Shown here: positions 1-10,001 of the stretch, piece after piece
How positions within the stretch are numbered: the stretch's first letter is position 1
Layout: the number at the start of each line of letters is the position of its first letter
Assembly (NCBI GenBank): GCA_963422735.1
Contig: OY730476.1
Location: 3,968,001 to 4,032,000 of the forward strand
Direction of reading: 5' to 3'
DNA length: 64,000 nucleotides
Source: Candidatus Latescibacterota bacterium
GTDB taxonomy: Bacteria; Latescibacterota; UBA2968; UBA8231
Made by a program: the position numbers and the translations under genes
The notes under the pieces: generated by a model
What the model saw: the letters and a program-made list of their open reading frames with translations, nothing else
Databases searched by the model: none
Told to the model about the DNA's origin: nothing

Positions 1-105
1 ATCCAAAGCCGAATACAGGGATTGGTACGACAAGCCATAGCCAACCTTGCGCGTCGGATTGAACTGTGGGAAAGCGGCGAGGATATCGCGGTATATCTCA
101 GGTAA
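1..105 (+). CDS. 3' end of an unidentified CDS (partial)
   Basis: Open frame from the window edge, IQSRIQGLVRQAIANLARRIELWESGEDIAVYLR, ending in TAA at 103-105. Confidence 0.5.
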   Translation: MQSRIQGLVRQAIANLARRIELWESGEDIAVYLR

Positions 106-312
106 GCTATTAATGTATTCGTCGGATATTGGCATTCATACCTCTTTTATACTGATTATGAAAGGTTAAAATAGATCGCCGCCTAAGCCTCGACAAGGAA
201 GCCAGAGCGTCTTACAGGTTCAAGTGCGATTCCCAAAACACCCTTGGTGTCGTGTAGTTAGATTCGCACTCTTTCTCGTCCATGCTCGCAATCTACTTTC
301 CAGCGAGGAACC

Positions 313-1176
313 ATGCCCCCTAGCACTTCCCTCCATCCCACCGCTTATGACCCGCTCATTGACCTAGCCTTGCGGGAGGACCTCGGTGCTGTAGATGTAG
401 AAGCCGATCTGACCGCTGCTTGGACCGTGGCGAGCAATGCCGAAGCTCGCGCTCGCATCATCGCCCGCCAAGCCGGCGTCGTCGCTGGCATCGAAATCGC
501 TCGCGCAGTATTCGCCCGTCTCGACCAAAACGTTGCCGCATGGGCCGACGTCGCCGACGGGGACGAAGTAGCAGCAGGCCAGACCCTCGTCCGCTTGCAG
601 GGCCGCGCTCGCTCGCTTTTGGCCGGGGAGCGCACCGCGCTCAATTTTCTGCAACAGCTTTCGGGCGTGGCCACTCTGACCCAGCGCTATGTGGAGGCCC
701 TAACCGGCACGACCACCCGCATCACCGACACCCGCAAAACCACCCCGGGCTGGCGGTACTTACAGAAGTGGGCCGTGCGCTTGGGCGGCGGAGTCAATCA
801 CCGCATGGGCCTGTACGACGCCGTGCTGATCAAGGAAAACCACGCCGCCGCCGCGGGTGGCGTCCGCGCTGCCATCCGCAAGGCACGGGGCCAAGCAGCA
901 CCGATTTACGTGGAAGCCGAAAATCTCGGGGAGGTTGAGGAGGCCCTTGCGGGCGGCCCGGACCGCATCCTGCTCGACAACATGGACGCGCCGACCCTGC
1001 GCCGGGCCGTAGCAATCATCCGCGCCGCCAATCCCGCCGTTGAGATTGAGGCCACCGGCGGTTATACCTTGGCGACCGTGCGCGAGGCCGCTGCCGCTGG
1101 CGTGGATCTCGTCTCGATCGGTGCTTTGACGCATTCGGCACCGGCGTTGGATCTGAGCATGCTTTTTGAGGAATAG
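313..1176 (+). CDS. nadC: Nicotinate-nucleotide diphosphorylase (carboxylating), QPRTase
   Basis: ERTALNFLQQLSGVAT, DTRKTTPG, NHRMGLYDAVLIKENH, ILLDNM and SIGALTHSAPALDLS motifs; GAGGA RBS. Confidence 0.97.
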   Translation: MPPSTSLHPTAYDPLIDLALREDLGAVDVEADLTAAWTVASNAEARARIIARQAGVVAGIEIARAVFARLDQNVAAWADVADGDEVAAGQTLVRLQGRARSLLAGERTALNFLQQLSGVATLTQRYVEALTGTTTRITDTRKTTPGWRYLQKWAVRLGGGVNHRMGLYDAVLIKENHAAAAGGVRAAIRKARGQAAPIYVEAENLGEVEEALAGGPDRILLDNMDAPTLRRAVAIIRAANPAVEIEATGGYTLATVREAAAAGVDLVSIGALTHSAPALDLSMLFEE

Positions 1177-1203
1177 AAACTATCTCATAAATGCCACCAA
1201 TCC

Positions 1204-1261
1204 CATAGGGATCAGCCTCTGCACTGGTCTAAACGACGGGCGACCACAAAGGGCGCCCCTA
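1204..1261. repeat. Degenerate GTAG-type REP-like palindrome between convergent genes
   Basis: Minus strand reads TAGGGGCGCCCTTTGTGGTCGCCC (1238-1261); a more degenerate partner starts CATAGGG at 1204. Confidence 0.45.
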
Positions 1262-1738
1262 TTTCTGACCGTCCCGCCATTTGTAGTAGGGATTGAGTAC
1301 GAGGTTGGCGTTGTAATAGCGTGGATCGTCCGATACTTCGACGCCGGCCCAAGGCGGCTTTTCCACGGCCTCTTCCCGGCTGCTCAGCTCGACTTCGGCC
1401 AGCACCAACCCCTCATTTTCTCCAGAAAATACGTCAATGGACCAGACCTTGCCCGCCCAAGGCAGAGTGTAGCGCGTCTTTTCGATGTGGGGCCGCTGGC
1501 ACAGGGTTGTTAGGATGCTCTCGGCGTCTTGGTGCGGGATTTCGCATTCGTACTCGCGGCGCGCGATGCCGCTAGTCGCCCCCTTGAGCGTGAGCACCGC
1601 CCGCTCCCCTTCAATTCGTACGCGCACCACGCCTCCGTCTTGGGTGGGAATGTAGCCCTGCCGAAAGGCGATGCCCTCTAGCTGGCTGAAGCAAGAGCAG
1701 TCGGCCACGAGGTACTTGCGCTCGATTTCCCAGGACAT
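1259..1738 (-). CDS. CYTH domain protein (triphosphate tunnel metalloenzyme)
   Basis: EIERKYLV, RQGYI, VRVRI, IEKTRY, LAEVEL, DPRYYNANL. Confidence 0.93.
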   Translation of the reverse strand: MSWEIERKYLVADCSCFSQLEGIAFRQGYIPTQDGGVVRVRIEGERAVLTLKGATSGIARREYECEIPHQDAESILTTLCQRPHIEKTRYTLPWAGKVWSIDVFSGENEGLVLAEVELSSREEAVEKPPWAGVEVSDDPRYYNANLVLNPYYKWRDGQK

Positions 1739-1741
1739 CGC

Positions 1742-3025
1742 TTAGTCGGAAGCGGCGCGGTCGATGAGGCTGTGTCGCTCTGGCCCCACGGAGACGTAGC
1801 GAATGCGGCAGCCGACGAGCCGTTCGATTTCCAGCACATAAGCGCGCGCCGCTGAGGGCAAATCGCCAAAGTGCCGATGCGAACGGATGTCTTCTTGCCA
1901 ACCCTTCATTTCTTGATAGATGGGTTGCGCTTTGTCCAAAACCGGATTCAAGGGGAATTGATCTACGCGCCGTCCATTGCACTCATAGTGCGTACAGATG
2001 AGCAAAGGATCGAGGCCGGACAAGCTATCGAGCTTAGTCAGGGCGATTTCCGTGGCTCCTTGCACCTGGGCACCGTAGCGCGAGGCGAGGGCGTCGAAGT
2101 GGCCAATCCGGCGGGGCCGGCCCGTGGCCGCGCCGTACTCGTACGCCGTTTCGCGAAGGTCGCCAGCTTGTTCGCCTTCCATTTCGGTGGCAAAACTACC
2201 GGCCCCAACGCAAGAGGAGAAAGCCTTCATCACGCCGATAACTCGATCTGGGAAGTGGCCGATGAGGCCGCCGCCAATGGGGGCAAAAGACGCCAGACAA
2301 CACGAAGACGACGTATAGGGATAGATGCCGTACACGACGTCGCGCAATGCGCCTAATTGGGTCTCGAACAAAATGTTGCTCCTGCGTTGTGCGGCTTCTT
2401 TGAGCAGGCTCGCGGTGTCGCAGATCAGATCCTTGATTTGCTCGCCATAGGATAAGACGTACTCCAGCACCTCGCTGTATTGTATGGCGTCTTGGCGTCC
2501 GTACACGCCAGCGGCGATCAAGTTCTTCCACTCCACGAGGGGCCTGAGCCGTTCCTTGAGGCGATCTGGGTACAGCAATTCGCCGACTTGGATGCCCTTC
2601 TTGAGGAAGCGATCGCCGTACGCTGGGGCAATGCCGCGCTTCGTCGAGCCAAAGGCGTGCTGACCCAGCCGCTCTTCTTCCCATTCGTCTTCTATCCTGT
2701 GGAAAGGAAAGCAAATAGTCGCCCGATCAGACAACCGCACTGAGCCGGTTGCAATCCCGGCTGCGGACAGATCGTTTAGTTCTTCTGCCAAGACTTGGAG
2801 GTCAACGACCACGCCCGGCCCCAACACGTTGACCACCGCCGGGTTGAAGATCCCCGAGGGCACCAAGTGCATCTTAAAAGTGCCGCATTCGTTTACTACG
2901 GTGTGGCCGGCGTTGGCTCCCCCTTGGAAACGGACGACGACATCCGCGTCTTGAGCTAGATAGTCGATCATCCGACCCTTTCCTTCATCTCCCCAATTCG
3001 TCCCACAAACGACCGATATGGTCAT
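1742..3025 (-). CDS. purA: Adenylosuccinate synthetase
   Basis: WGDEGKG, RFQGGANAGHT, GSTKRGIAPAY, EYGAATGRPRR, SVGPER. Confidence 0.97.
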   Translation of the reverse strand: MTISVVCGTNWGDEGKGRMIDYLAQDADVVVRFQGGANAGHTVVNECGTFKMHLVPSGIFNPAVVNVLGPGVVVDLQVLAEELNDLSAAGIATGSVRLSDRATICFPFHRIEDEWEEERLGQHAFGSTKRGIAPAYGDRFLKKGIQVGELLYPDRLKERLRPLVEWKNLIAAGVYGRQDAIQYSEVLEYVLSYGEQIKDLICDTASLLKEAAQRRSNILFETQLGALRDVVYGIYPYTSSSCCLASFAPIGGGLIGHFPDRVIGVMKAFSSCVGAGSFATEMEGEQAGDLRETAYEYGAATGRPRRIGHFDALASRYGAQVQGATEIALTKLDSLSGLDPLLICTHYECNGRRVDQFPLNPVLDKAQPIYQEMKGWQEDIRSHRHFGDLPSAARAYVLEIERLVGCRIRYVSVGPERHSLIDRAASD

Positions 3026-3351
3026 GGCGTATGTTCCTTTAGGTGGTTGGCCAACCCGCGGGCTAAATCGCCGCGCAAAACGCCGATTACTTGGGCGTCC
3101 TCGCGGCCAAAGCCCTGAGTTAGCACTTGCATTGCCTGTACTTGAAAGATGCGCGTGCCGCTGCGCTCTAGGCGAGCCAACTCGCGCAGCGTGTGCTGTG
3201 CGAGCTGGCTGCTGGCAAATACAAAGGCCAGTCCCTTGGCGCGGCGCACGGCCGACAGGCCGACGACCGTAGCCCCAAAGCGGCAGCCGATCCCCAAGAG
3301 CGCGGACAGTTGCGCCGATGGGTTGAGGTGGGGCAGTACCTGCTCAGACAA
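3022..3351 (-). CDS. Divergent L7Ae/YlxQ-like RNA-binding protein
   Basis: LLGIGCRFGATVVGLSAVRR...FVFAS...LTQGFGREDAQVIGV...LARGL follows the L7Ae/L30e pattern; probable TTG start at 3351 overlaps the upstream stop, and its own stop overlaps the purA ATG. Confidence 0.6.
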   Translation of the reverse strand: MSEQVLPHLNPSAQLSALLGIGCRFGATVVGLSAVRRAKGLAFVFASSQLAQHTLRELARLERSGTRIFQVQAMQVLTQGFGREDAQVIGVLRGDLARGLANHLKEHTP

Positions 3352-4363
3352 AGGCTGGCGCAATGGGCACCGACCCACGCGCTGCCGAAATGTTGGCTGC
3401 TTCGAGTACCCCGATTACCCGGCCCGCGGATTCGGGGGTAATGACGAGATCGGCGCGGCCTTGCAGGTGCGCGAAAACGTTTTCGTAGTACGCGTCCCAA
3501 TTGGACTCGGCGAAGGGCACCTCGGTGCTCATCTGGCGGCCGTTGATCATCGCCTTGACGAGAAATTTGCCGCCCGCATCCTCGATCGCGCCCTGTGTGC
3601 CCAGCACCCGCCAGCGCGGCTTCGGGCTCATCGACAGGTTGGACATCGTCAGGGTGACTGTGCAGCCGCTTTGGAAGCGCAGCGTGTATTCGGAGTGGTC
3701 CTCGTTGTCGTATTTTTCCCACGCTAGATTTTTGACTTGATAGCCGCTGACCGAGGCGATTTTTTCCGGGACGATATTCAAAATCCAATCCGTAAAATGC
3801 GCCCCCCAGTCGTAGATGGCTCCGCCGGAGATTTTGCGATTGGAGCGCCACCAAGTCCCCTGCTCTCCATAGCCGTAAAACCCGGCCTCAATGCGGAAGA
3901 CGCGGCCGATGATTTGCTCTTTGAGGATTAGATCGCGCAACACTACAAAGTCGCCGTCCCAGCGCCGGTTGTGAAACGTCGAGATCAGGGCCTTGTTTTT
4001 TTTGGCCGCCGTTTGCATGCGTTTGACTTCGGCACTTGTAATAGCAAGGGGCTTCTCGCAGACCACGTGTACCCCAGCGTCGAGGCACTGCACCGCTAGC
4101 TTAGCGTGCGTGTTGTGCGGGGTGATGATCGTCACTAAGTCCAAGTTCGCGCTCCGCAGCATGGTGCCGACGCGGCCGTAGGTTTTGATGCCGGGGAAGT
4201 CCTCTTCCGCTACTTGGCGCCGCTCGGCATCCAGTTCGCAAACAGCGGCTACTTCTATGCCTTCGTTTTTGGCCATGGAGGTCAAGTGCAACTGACCCAT
4301 ATTGAACGCGCCGCCGTAGCCTATGACACCGACGCGGAAGTGCTCTTGTTTTTTTGCCGCCAC
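3344..4363 (-). CDS. Gfo/Idh/MocA family oxidoreductase
   Basis: VGVIGYG Rossmann motif, HVVCEKP, FHNRRWD, GGAIYDWGAH. Confidence 0.93.
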   Translation of the reverse strand: MAAKKQEHFRVGVIGYGGAFNMGQLHLTSMAKNEGIEVAAVCELDAERRQVAEEDFPGIKTYGRVGTMLRSANLDLVTIITPHNTHAKLAVQCLDAGVHVVCEKPLAITSAEVKRMQTAAKKNKALISTFHNRRWDGDFVVLRDLILKEQIIGRVFRIEAGFYGYGEQGTWWRSNRKISGGAIYDWGAHFTDWILNIVPEKIASVSGYQVKNLAWEKYDNEDHSEYTLRFQSGCTVTLTMSNLSMSPKPRWRVLGTQGAIEDAGGKFLVKAMINGRQMSTEVPFAESNWDAYYENVFAHLQGRADLVITPESAGRVIGVLEAANISAARGSVPIAPAFV

Positions 4364-4495
4364 AGTGTGTTCCTTTGTTAAAAGTTTATGCCGCGAATTT
4401 GCAAAATGCCGCTGTGCGCGTCAATGAGGTTGGTTTGTCCACGCCCTAGCCTTTTGTTATGTTGTCCCCTCCACAATTTAGTCCCCATACGACAG

Positions 4496-7400
4496 ATGGA
4501 AACAAAACTAACGAGAAAAGACCTAGCTTTTATCGGCGGCTGTTTGCTCGTCGCCGCCGCGAGCTTGGTCGTTGGAGTCCACTACTTCTATCGGGCCTTT
4601 CCCGAAGCCTCAATCGACTTCCGCGTCACCCGCGACGAAGCGAAGATGCAGGCGGCCGATTTCCTCGCCGCCCGCGGCTTTGACCTCGCCGACTACCGCC
4701 ACAGTGCCATTTTTCGCTACGATAACCAGACCAAGACCTTCCTCGAGCGCGAGCTGGGTCTCGAGGGGGCTACGCAGGTCATTGGCGATCCCGTGCAGTT
4801 GTGGCGCTGGAGCAACCGCTGGGTGCGGGAACTGGAAAAGGAGGAGTTCCAAGCTACGGTTACGACTTCTGGCGAGCTCGTCAGTTTTAGCCATCTCATT
4901 GAGGAAGAAGCGCCCGGCGCGAGCCTCGAAGAAGCCGAAGCCCGCCGTTTGGCCGAGAGCTTTCTCATCGGCGAGCTTGGCCGCGACCTCGCCGCGCTCG
5001 ACTTCGTAGAAGCGCAGGCTCAGGAGCGACCCAACCGCATCGACTACACCTTTAGCTGGAAGCTGCGCGACTTCGCCGTTGGCGAGGCCCACTACCGCTT
5101 CTACGTGCGCTTGCAAGGCGACGAGATCGGCGGGTTTGGCGAGTACCTCAAAATCCCCGAGGCCTGGGAGCGAGACTACGCCGAGTTGCGATCGCGCAAT
5201 GAGACCACGGGCTTGGTGGCCGGAACCTTACTCATCCTGACCGTGCTAGCGATGCTGGTCTCGTTTTTTGGCGGCGTCCGAGCCCGAGACATTCGCTGGA
5301 AGACCGCGGCGATCTTTGGGGCCATTGCCGCGGTCCTAACCCTGCTAGCCCAACTCAACAATTTGCCGCTGACCGCGTTTAACTACGACACGACCGATAC
5401 ATACGGGTCTTTCCTGACGGGTCAGCTGCTCACCAGCCTGTTCGCCGCTGCTAGCCAAGGCATCCTCATCTTCTTTCTCACAGCGGCTGCCGAGCCTTTG
5501 TACCGGCGCTACTACGCGAACCAAATCCAGATCGGGGGCCAGTTTACGCCAGCGGGTCTGCGCACGAAGCGCTTTCTCCTCGGCACCATCCTCGGTTTGG
5601 CCATGACTCCGGCCTTCTTGGCCTACCAGGTCCTCTTTTACATCACAGCCGAGCAATTCGGTGCTTGGACCCCAGCGGACATTCCCTATAGCGAGATGGT
5701 CAACACGTATATCCCGTGGATCATGGTGCTGTTGATCGGCTTTATGCCCGCGGTCTCCGAGGAGTTCATATCCCGGGCGTTTTCAATTCCCTTCCTCCAC
5801 AAATACCTCAAGTCGCGCTGGGCCGCAGTCTTTATTGCAGCCCTTATATGGGGGTTCGCCCATGCCGGCTATCCGCAACAGCCCTTTTACATCCGCGGCC
5901 TTGAGGTGGGCGTCGCCGGTATTGTCGTCGGCTATATTTTCCTCCGCTTCGGGATTCTCGCCCCCCTCGTATGGCACTACACGATCGATGCCCTGTACAC
6001 GTCCTTAATCCTCTTCCGCTCGTCCAACAGCTACTTCGTCGCTTCAGCGGCCTTGTCGGCGGGCTTAATGCTCCTGCCCTTGGCAGTGGCGCTCGTCCTC
6101 TACCTGCGGCAGCGCCGCTTTGCCGACCCGACGCTCCTGCTCAACAAAAGCGCTGCGCCCGCAGCCCCGGATGCCGGCGCGGACGAGCCTACAACAGTGC
6201 AACAGCCCGCAGCCTTGGCCCCCGCGTTTGCCTATACCCCGCTGTCTAAGCGGCGCATGGGTTGGGCTGCCGCGGTAGTCGTGGCCTCGCTGGGCTTTTT
6301 TGCCCTCGACTACGAAGAGCCGCTCGACTTTGTCGATGTTCATCTGACTCGGGGCGAGGCCGAGGATAAGGCCATTGAGCATCTAGCGGCGACCGGCGCG
6401 GATGCCTCGGCATACGAGGTGGTCACCTACTATCAAAACCAACCGAGCACGATGGCGATCCGGTACATCCTAGAGCGCGACTCGGTGGCCGTCGTCAACC
6501 GCCTATACCAAGAAGATCTTTTGGCTAGCTTGTGGGTGACGCGCTTTTTCCGCTACGGAGAAAAGGAGGAATACAGGGTCGCCGTCCATCCAGAAGACGG
6601 CTCCCTCTACAGCATAAATCATCTGCTAGCCGAAGAGGCCGAGGGTGCCGACCTTGAAGAGGCACAAGCCGAGGCAATAGCCGTCGATCATCTGCGCACC
6701 TACGGTTTTGACATCGATCTCCTCAAACTCAAGGAATCCTCTTCAGAAAAGCTCCCCAACCGCCGCGATCACCGCTTCGTCTTTGAGGCCGCTGAGGGCG
6801 ACGAGCGCAACGTCGATGAGTTGCGCTATCGGGTGCGGGTCAAAGTCGCTGGCGACGAGCCGGTTTCTATCTATCGCTTCCTCCACGTGCCCGAGGCTTG
6901 GGAGCGCGAGTACAATGAGAGCACCACGCTCAAAACCGCGCTTTTCGGCCTGCTCATCGTCTTAATTGCCGCCGTAGTGCTGCACGGCCTGTGGCTACTC
7001 GTGCGTCGCGTGCGAAACGAGGGCATAGATTGGGCACCACTGGTCAAAATCGCCGCAGTGGGCGCGGCCTTCTTCCTACTCAACTTTCTCAATGGCCTGT
7101 CGGTTATCGAACGCGCCTATGATACCCGCCTCACGCTGTCGATCTTTACCATTACTCAGATACTCAGCATTGTCTTGGGCAGCTTGGGGATCGGCTTGAT
7201 GATTCTCGCAGCTCTCGGCTTGGCCACCAGCCTCTATCCAGACTGGCCGGCGCGCTTGCGGGCCGTGCGGCGCATGCCCGAATTCCGCGATGCTGTTGTC
7301 GGGGTCGCGCTAGTCCTCGTTGCCGGAGCGGCGTGGCAGCACTTGCGCGGCTACATAGAGAGCCGCTTCATTGCCTCCGACCCGAGTCTCGGCCTTGGGC

Positions 7401-7849
7401 TGCCCTCTGAACTGGACCAGTATTTGCCTTTTTGGAATCCCCTGTCCGACGGCGCAATGGGGGCCATCTTCGTCCCGATTGTCGCGGGCCTAGTGCTCTA
7501 CTATAGCCGCGTCGTTGTAAAAAAGAGACTCTACGCAGTCGTGGTGGGCTTGGGAGTGGGCTTGATTATGTCTGGCAGCAATGCCGGCCACTTCGACGAA
7601 TTCCTCTTTGAGTTGTTGGCGTTTGTCTCCAGTGTTGGCTTCGCCGTAGCCGCAATCGTCTTGGTCTTGCGGAACAACCTCCTCGCCTACGCGCTATTGG
7701 GGTTTGCCCCGGTCCTCTCGGCGGTCAAGAGCCTCAACGCGCTGTCCGCTCCGGCCTATCAGTTGCAAGCCGGCGTCCTGTTGCTGCTGGCTCTTGTGGT
7801 AGTCTTCTGCCTGTGGTGGCACTTGGGCAGAAAGCGCGAGGCATCCTAG
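4496..7849 (+). CDS. Large membrane protein with a central CPBP (CAAX/Abi) intramembrane protease domain and a duplicated extracytoplasmic module
   Basis: SEEFISR, WGFAH and WHYTID CPBP motifs; many TM segments; start moved to ATG 4496 (METKL). Confidence 0.85.
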   Translation: METKLTRKDLAFIGGCLLVAAASLVVGVHYFYRAFPEASIDFRVTRDEAKMQAADFLAARGFDLADYRHSAIFRYDNQTKTFLERELGLEGATQVIGDPVQLWRWSNRWVRELEKEEFQATVTTSGELVSFSHLIEEEAPGASLEEAEARRLAESFLIGELGRDLAALDFVEAQAQERPNRIDYTFSWKLRDFAVGEAHYRFYVRLQGDEIGGFGEYLKIPEAWERDYAELRSRNETTGLVAGTLLILTVLAMLVSFFGGVRARDIRWKTAAIFGAIAAVLTLLAQLNNLPLTAFNYDTTDTYGSFLTGQLLTSLFAAASQGILIFFLTAAAEPLYRRYYANQIQIGGQFTPAGLRTKRFLLGTILGLAMTPAFLAYQVLFYITAEQFGAWTPADIPYSEMVNTYIPWIMVLLIGFMPAVSEEFISRAFSIPFLHKYLKSRWAAVFIAALIWGFAHAGYPQQPFYIRGLEVGVAGIVVGYIFLRFGILAPLVWHYTIDALYTSLILFRSSNSYFVASAALSAGLMLLPLAVALVLYLRQRRFADPTLLLNKSAAPAAPDAGADEPTTVQQPAALAPAFAYTPLSKRRMGWAAAVVVASLGFFALDYEEPLDFVDVHLTRGEAEDKAIEHLAATGADASAYEVVTYYQNQPSTMAIRYILERDSVAVVNRLYQEDLLASLWVTRFFRYGEKEEYRVAVHPEDGSLYSINHLLAEEAEGADLEEAQAEAIAVDHLRTYGFDIDLLKLKESSSEKLPNRRDHRFVFEAAEGDERNVDELRYRVRVKVAGDEPVSIYRFLHVPEAWEREYNESTTLKTALFGLLIVLIAAVVLHGLWLLVRRVRNEGIDWAPLVKIAAVGAAFFLLNFLNGLSVIERAYDTRLTLSIFTITQILSIVLGSLGIGLMILAALGLATSLYPDWPARLRAVRRMPEFRDAVVGVALVLVAGAAWQHLRGYIESRFIASDPSLGLGLPSELDQYLPFWNPLSDGAMGAIFVPIVAGLVLYYSRVVVKKRLYAVVVGLGVGLIMSGSNAGHFDEFLFELLAFVSSVGFAVAAIVLVLRNNLLAYALLGFAPVLSAVKSLNALSAPAYQLQAGVLLLLALVVVFCLWWHLGRKREAS

Positions 7850-7855
7850 GCGCAG

Positions 7856-9094
7856 ATGATGGAGCTTACTCTGCTGTGGGAATGGTTCGTGCGCCTAGTG
7901 GCGTGGATCCCGCGCTTCCCCATCGCCGCCGCGGCAGCGTACGTCCTCTTCTATTGTACAACGCTAGCCTTGGTCGCCCTTGTACATCGGCACTGGTGGC
8001 GCGTCGTTTGGTTCCGCCGCGTACTCTACTGGCAGTTTCCCGTAGCCCTATTAGGCGTGGCGTTCTGCGTCCTGAGCCGCTACCGCGATGCGCCTTGGCT
8101 CTGGGCCATCGGCATGGGCCAGTTCTCGGCCCTCACTCTTTACCTCGGGGCCTTCCTCGTTGCCGCATTGCTGGTGACGCCGGTCGTCTTGGGCGTTTTG
8201 CTCTACGACCGCTTGCGGCAAGGGGGGACGGAGGGGCCTAGCTCGTTTGAGCGGCGGCGTTTCCTCAGCCGCGGCCTCGCTGTGGTGCCCGCTCTCGGGG
8301 CGGCGGGCGTTAGCCACGGCATCTACACCTCTTACACTCGCGTGCGCATGCCTGTGGTGCCGCTTTGCTATCCCGACCTGCCCGCCGATCTAGAGGGCTT
8401 GAAGATCCTCCATCTCAGCGACATCCACATTGGGCCGTACATCCAGCTTGCCGACCTTGAAGCCCTGCTCGCGCGCGCGGCCCAAGCTGCACCGGACATA
8501 GTTTTGATCACTGGTGATATATGCGATCACAACCCGGAGTACTTGGCGGCCCTGCGCCTACTCGAAAGCGTTCCGGCTCGGCTTGGGGCCTACGCCAGCT
8601 TGGGCAACCACGAGTACATGCGGGGCATCCGCCGCATCCGCCAGCACTTCGACCAGACCGCGATCCCCTTACTCGTGGACGAAGGGCTGGCGGTGCCTGT
8701 GGGCGCGGCGACTCTCTACCTCGGCGGGGTTGACGACCCGCACTTCCTGCGCAGCCCGGCGTCCTACGGGCAACTCCGCAACTCGGTAGAAAAGGCTGTA
8801 AGCGCGTCGCCGAGCGATGCCTTCACCGTGCTGCTGAGCCACCGCTCGCAAGCCCTCGACTACGCCGCGCCCCTCGGCGGTACCGACCTGATTCTGGCCG
8901 GCCACACGCATGGTTTCCAGTTCGGCTTGGCCGGCCGCAGCGTTTTTGAACCGTTTTTCCCGCAGCGGTACATTTGGGGTCACTACAAAAAGGGAACCAC
9001 CCAACTCTACACTACAGCCGGAGTTGGGCACTGGTTGCCCTTCCGCTTCGGCTGCCCACCCGAGGCCCCGATTATCACCCTGCACCGGGCCTAA
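7856..9094 (+). CDS. Membrane-anchored metallophosphoesterase (YkuE-like)
   Basis: SDIH, TGD, GNHE, LSH and GHTHG calcineurin-like motifs; N-terminal TMs; internal RRRFL. Confidence 0.92.
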   Translation: MMELTLLWEWFVRLVAWIPRFPIAAAAAYVLFYCTTLALVALVHRHWWRVVWFRRVLYWQFPVALLGVAFCVLSRYRDAPWLWAIGMGQFSALTLYLGAFLVAALLVTPVVLGVLLYDRLRQGGTEGPSSFERRRFLSRGLAVVPALGAAGVSHGIYTSYTRVRMPVVPLCYPDLPADLEGLKILHLSDIHIGPYIQLADLEALLARAAQAAPDIVLITGDICDHNPEYLAALRLLESVPARLGAYASLGNHEYMRGIRRIRQHFDQTAIPLLVDEGLAVPVGAATLYLGGVDDPHFLRSPASYGQLRNSVEKAVSASPSDAFTVLLSHRSQALDYAAPLGGTDLILAGHTHGFQFGLAGRSVFEPFFPQRYIWGHYKKGTTQLYTTAGVGHWLPFRFGCPPEAPIITLHRA

Positions 9095-9109
9095 AGAAAG
9101 GAAATTACG

Positions 9110-9808
9110 ATGCGCGTACTCGTAACCGGCGCAGCCGGCCGCGTCGGCTTCACAGTGGCCCGTGGCCTCGAGGACCGCCACGAGGTGCGCGGGCACGACC
9201 GCGTACCCATGCCCGACCTCGCCGATACGGTCGTCTCCGACCTCGCCGATTTCGACGCCATGCTAGAGGCCACGCACGGCGTGGACGCGGTTGCTCACAT
9301 TGGAGGCCTGGCCGGCGGCCACGAGTGGGAGACCATGCTGCAGAGCAATTTCATCGGCACGTACAACGTGTTTGAGGCCGCTCGCCAAAACGGCGTCAAG
9401 CGCGTCGCCTATGCCAGTCGCGCCGGGGTCTTAACGCTCTATCCGCGCAGCATCCGCCGCACGGTCGAGATGCCTACCACTCCGGTGGGCATCTACACGG
9501 TCAGTAAGGTTTTCGCCGAGGCCCTAGCCCATTCTTTTGCCCATCAGCACGACATGGAATTTGTCTGCGTGCGCATCGGCAACTTCAACCTCGAGCGCGA
9601 CCAACCCGAACACCCGCACCATCTCAGCCACGGCGACTGCGTGCGGGTTTTTGAGCAGGCGCTGATTCATCCGGGCGTAAAGTTTGAAATCGTCTTTGGA
9701 GTGTCGGGCAGTAACTGGCCGCTTTACGATGTCGAACACGGCAAAAGGGCGATTGGTTACGAGCCGCAGGATTATTCGGAGGTGCCGGAGGAGGAGTGGG
9801 GGAGGTAA
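9110..9808 (+). CDS. NAD-dependent epimerase/dehydratase (uronate dehydrogenase-like)
   Basis: TGAAGRVG, YTVSK catalytic motif, VRIG. Confidence 0.88.
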   Translation: MRVLVTGAAGRVGFTVARGLEDRHEVRGHDRVPMPDLADTVVSDLADFDAMLEATHGVDAVAHIGGLAGGHEWETMLQSNFIGTYNVFEAARQNGVKRVAYASRAGVLTLYPRSIRRTVEMPTTPVGIYTVSKVFAEALAHSFAHQHDMEFVCVRIGNFNLERDQPEHPHHLSHGDCVRVFEQALIHPGVKFEIVFGVSGSNWPLYDVEHGKRAIGYEPQDYSEVPEEEWGR

Positions 9809-10001
9809 GGCTGCTTAGACCACCAATGAGACGCCGATGGCGGTAAAGCGCGTTGATTGGTGAGGCACTTTCACTTCACGAGCCTCAGCATAGGCAACAT
9901 CGCAAATGTCCAAGTCAAGACTCCATGCCGGCTATGCTGAAGCAGAAGGAGTTTTCTCGGGGATATATGGCTAAGAAGCTGGGGGCAGGGAGTAGGCACA
10001 A

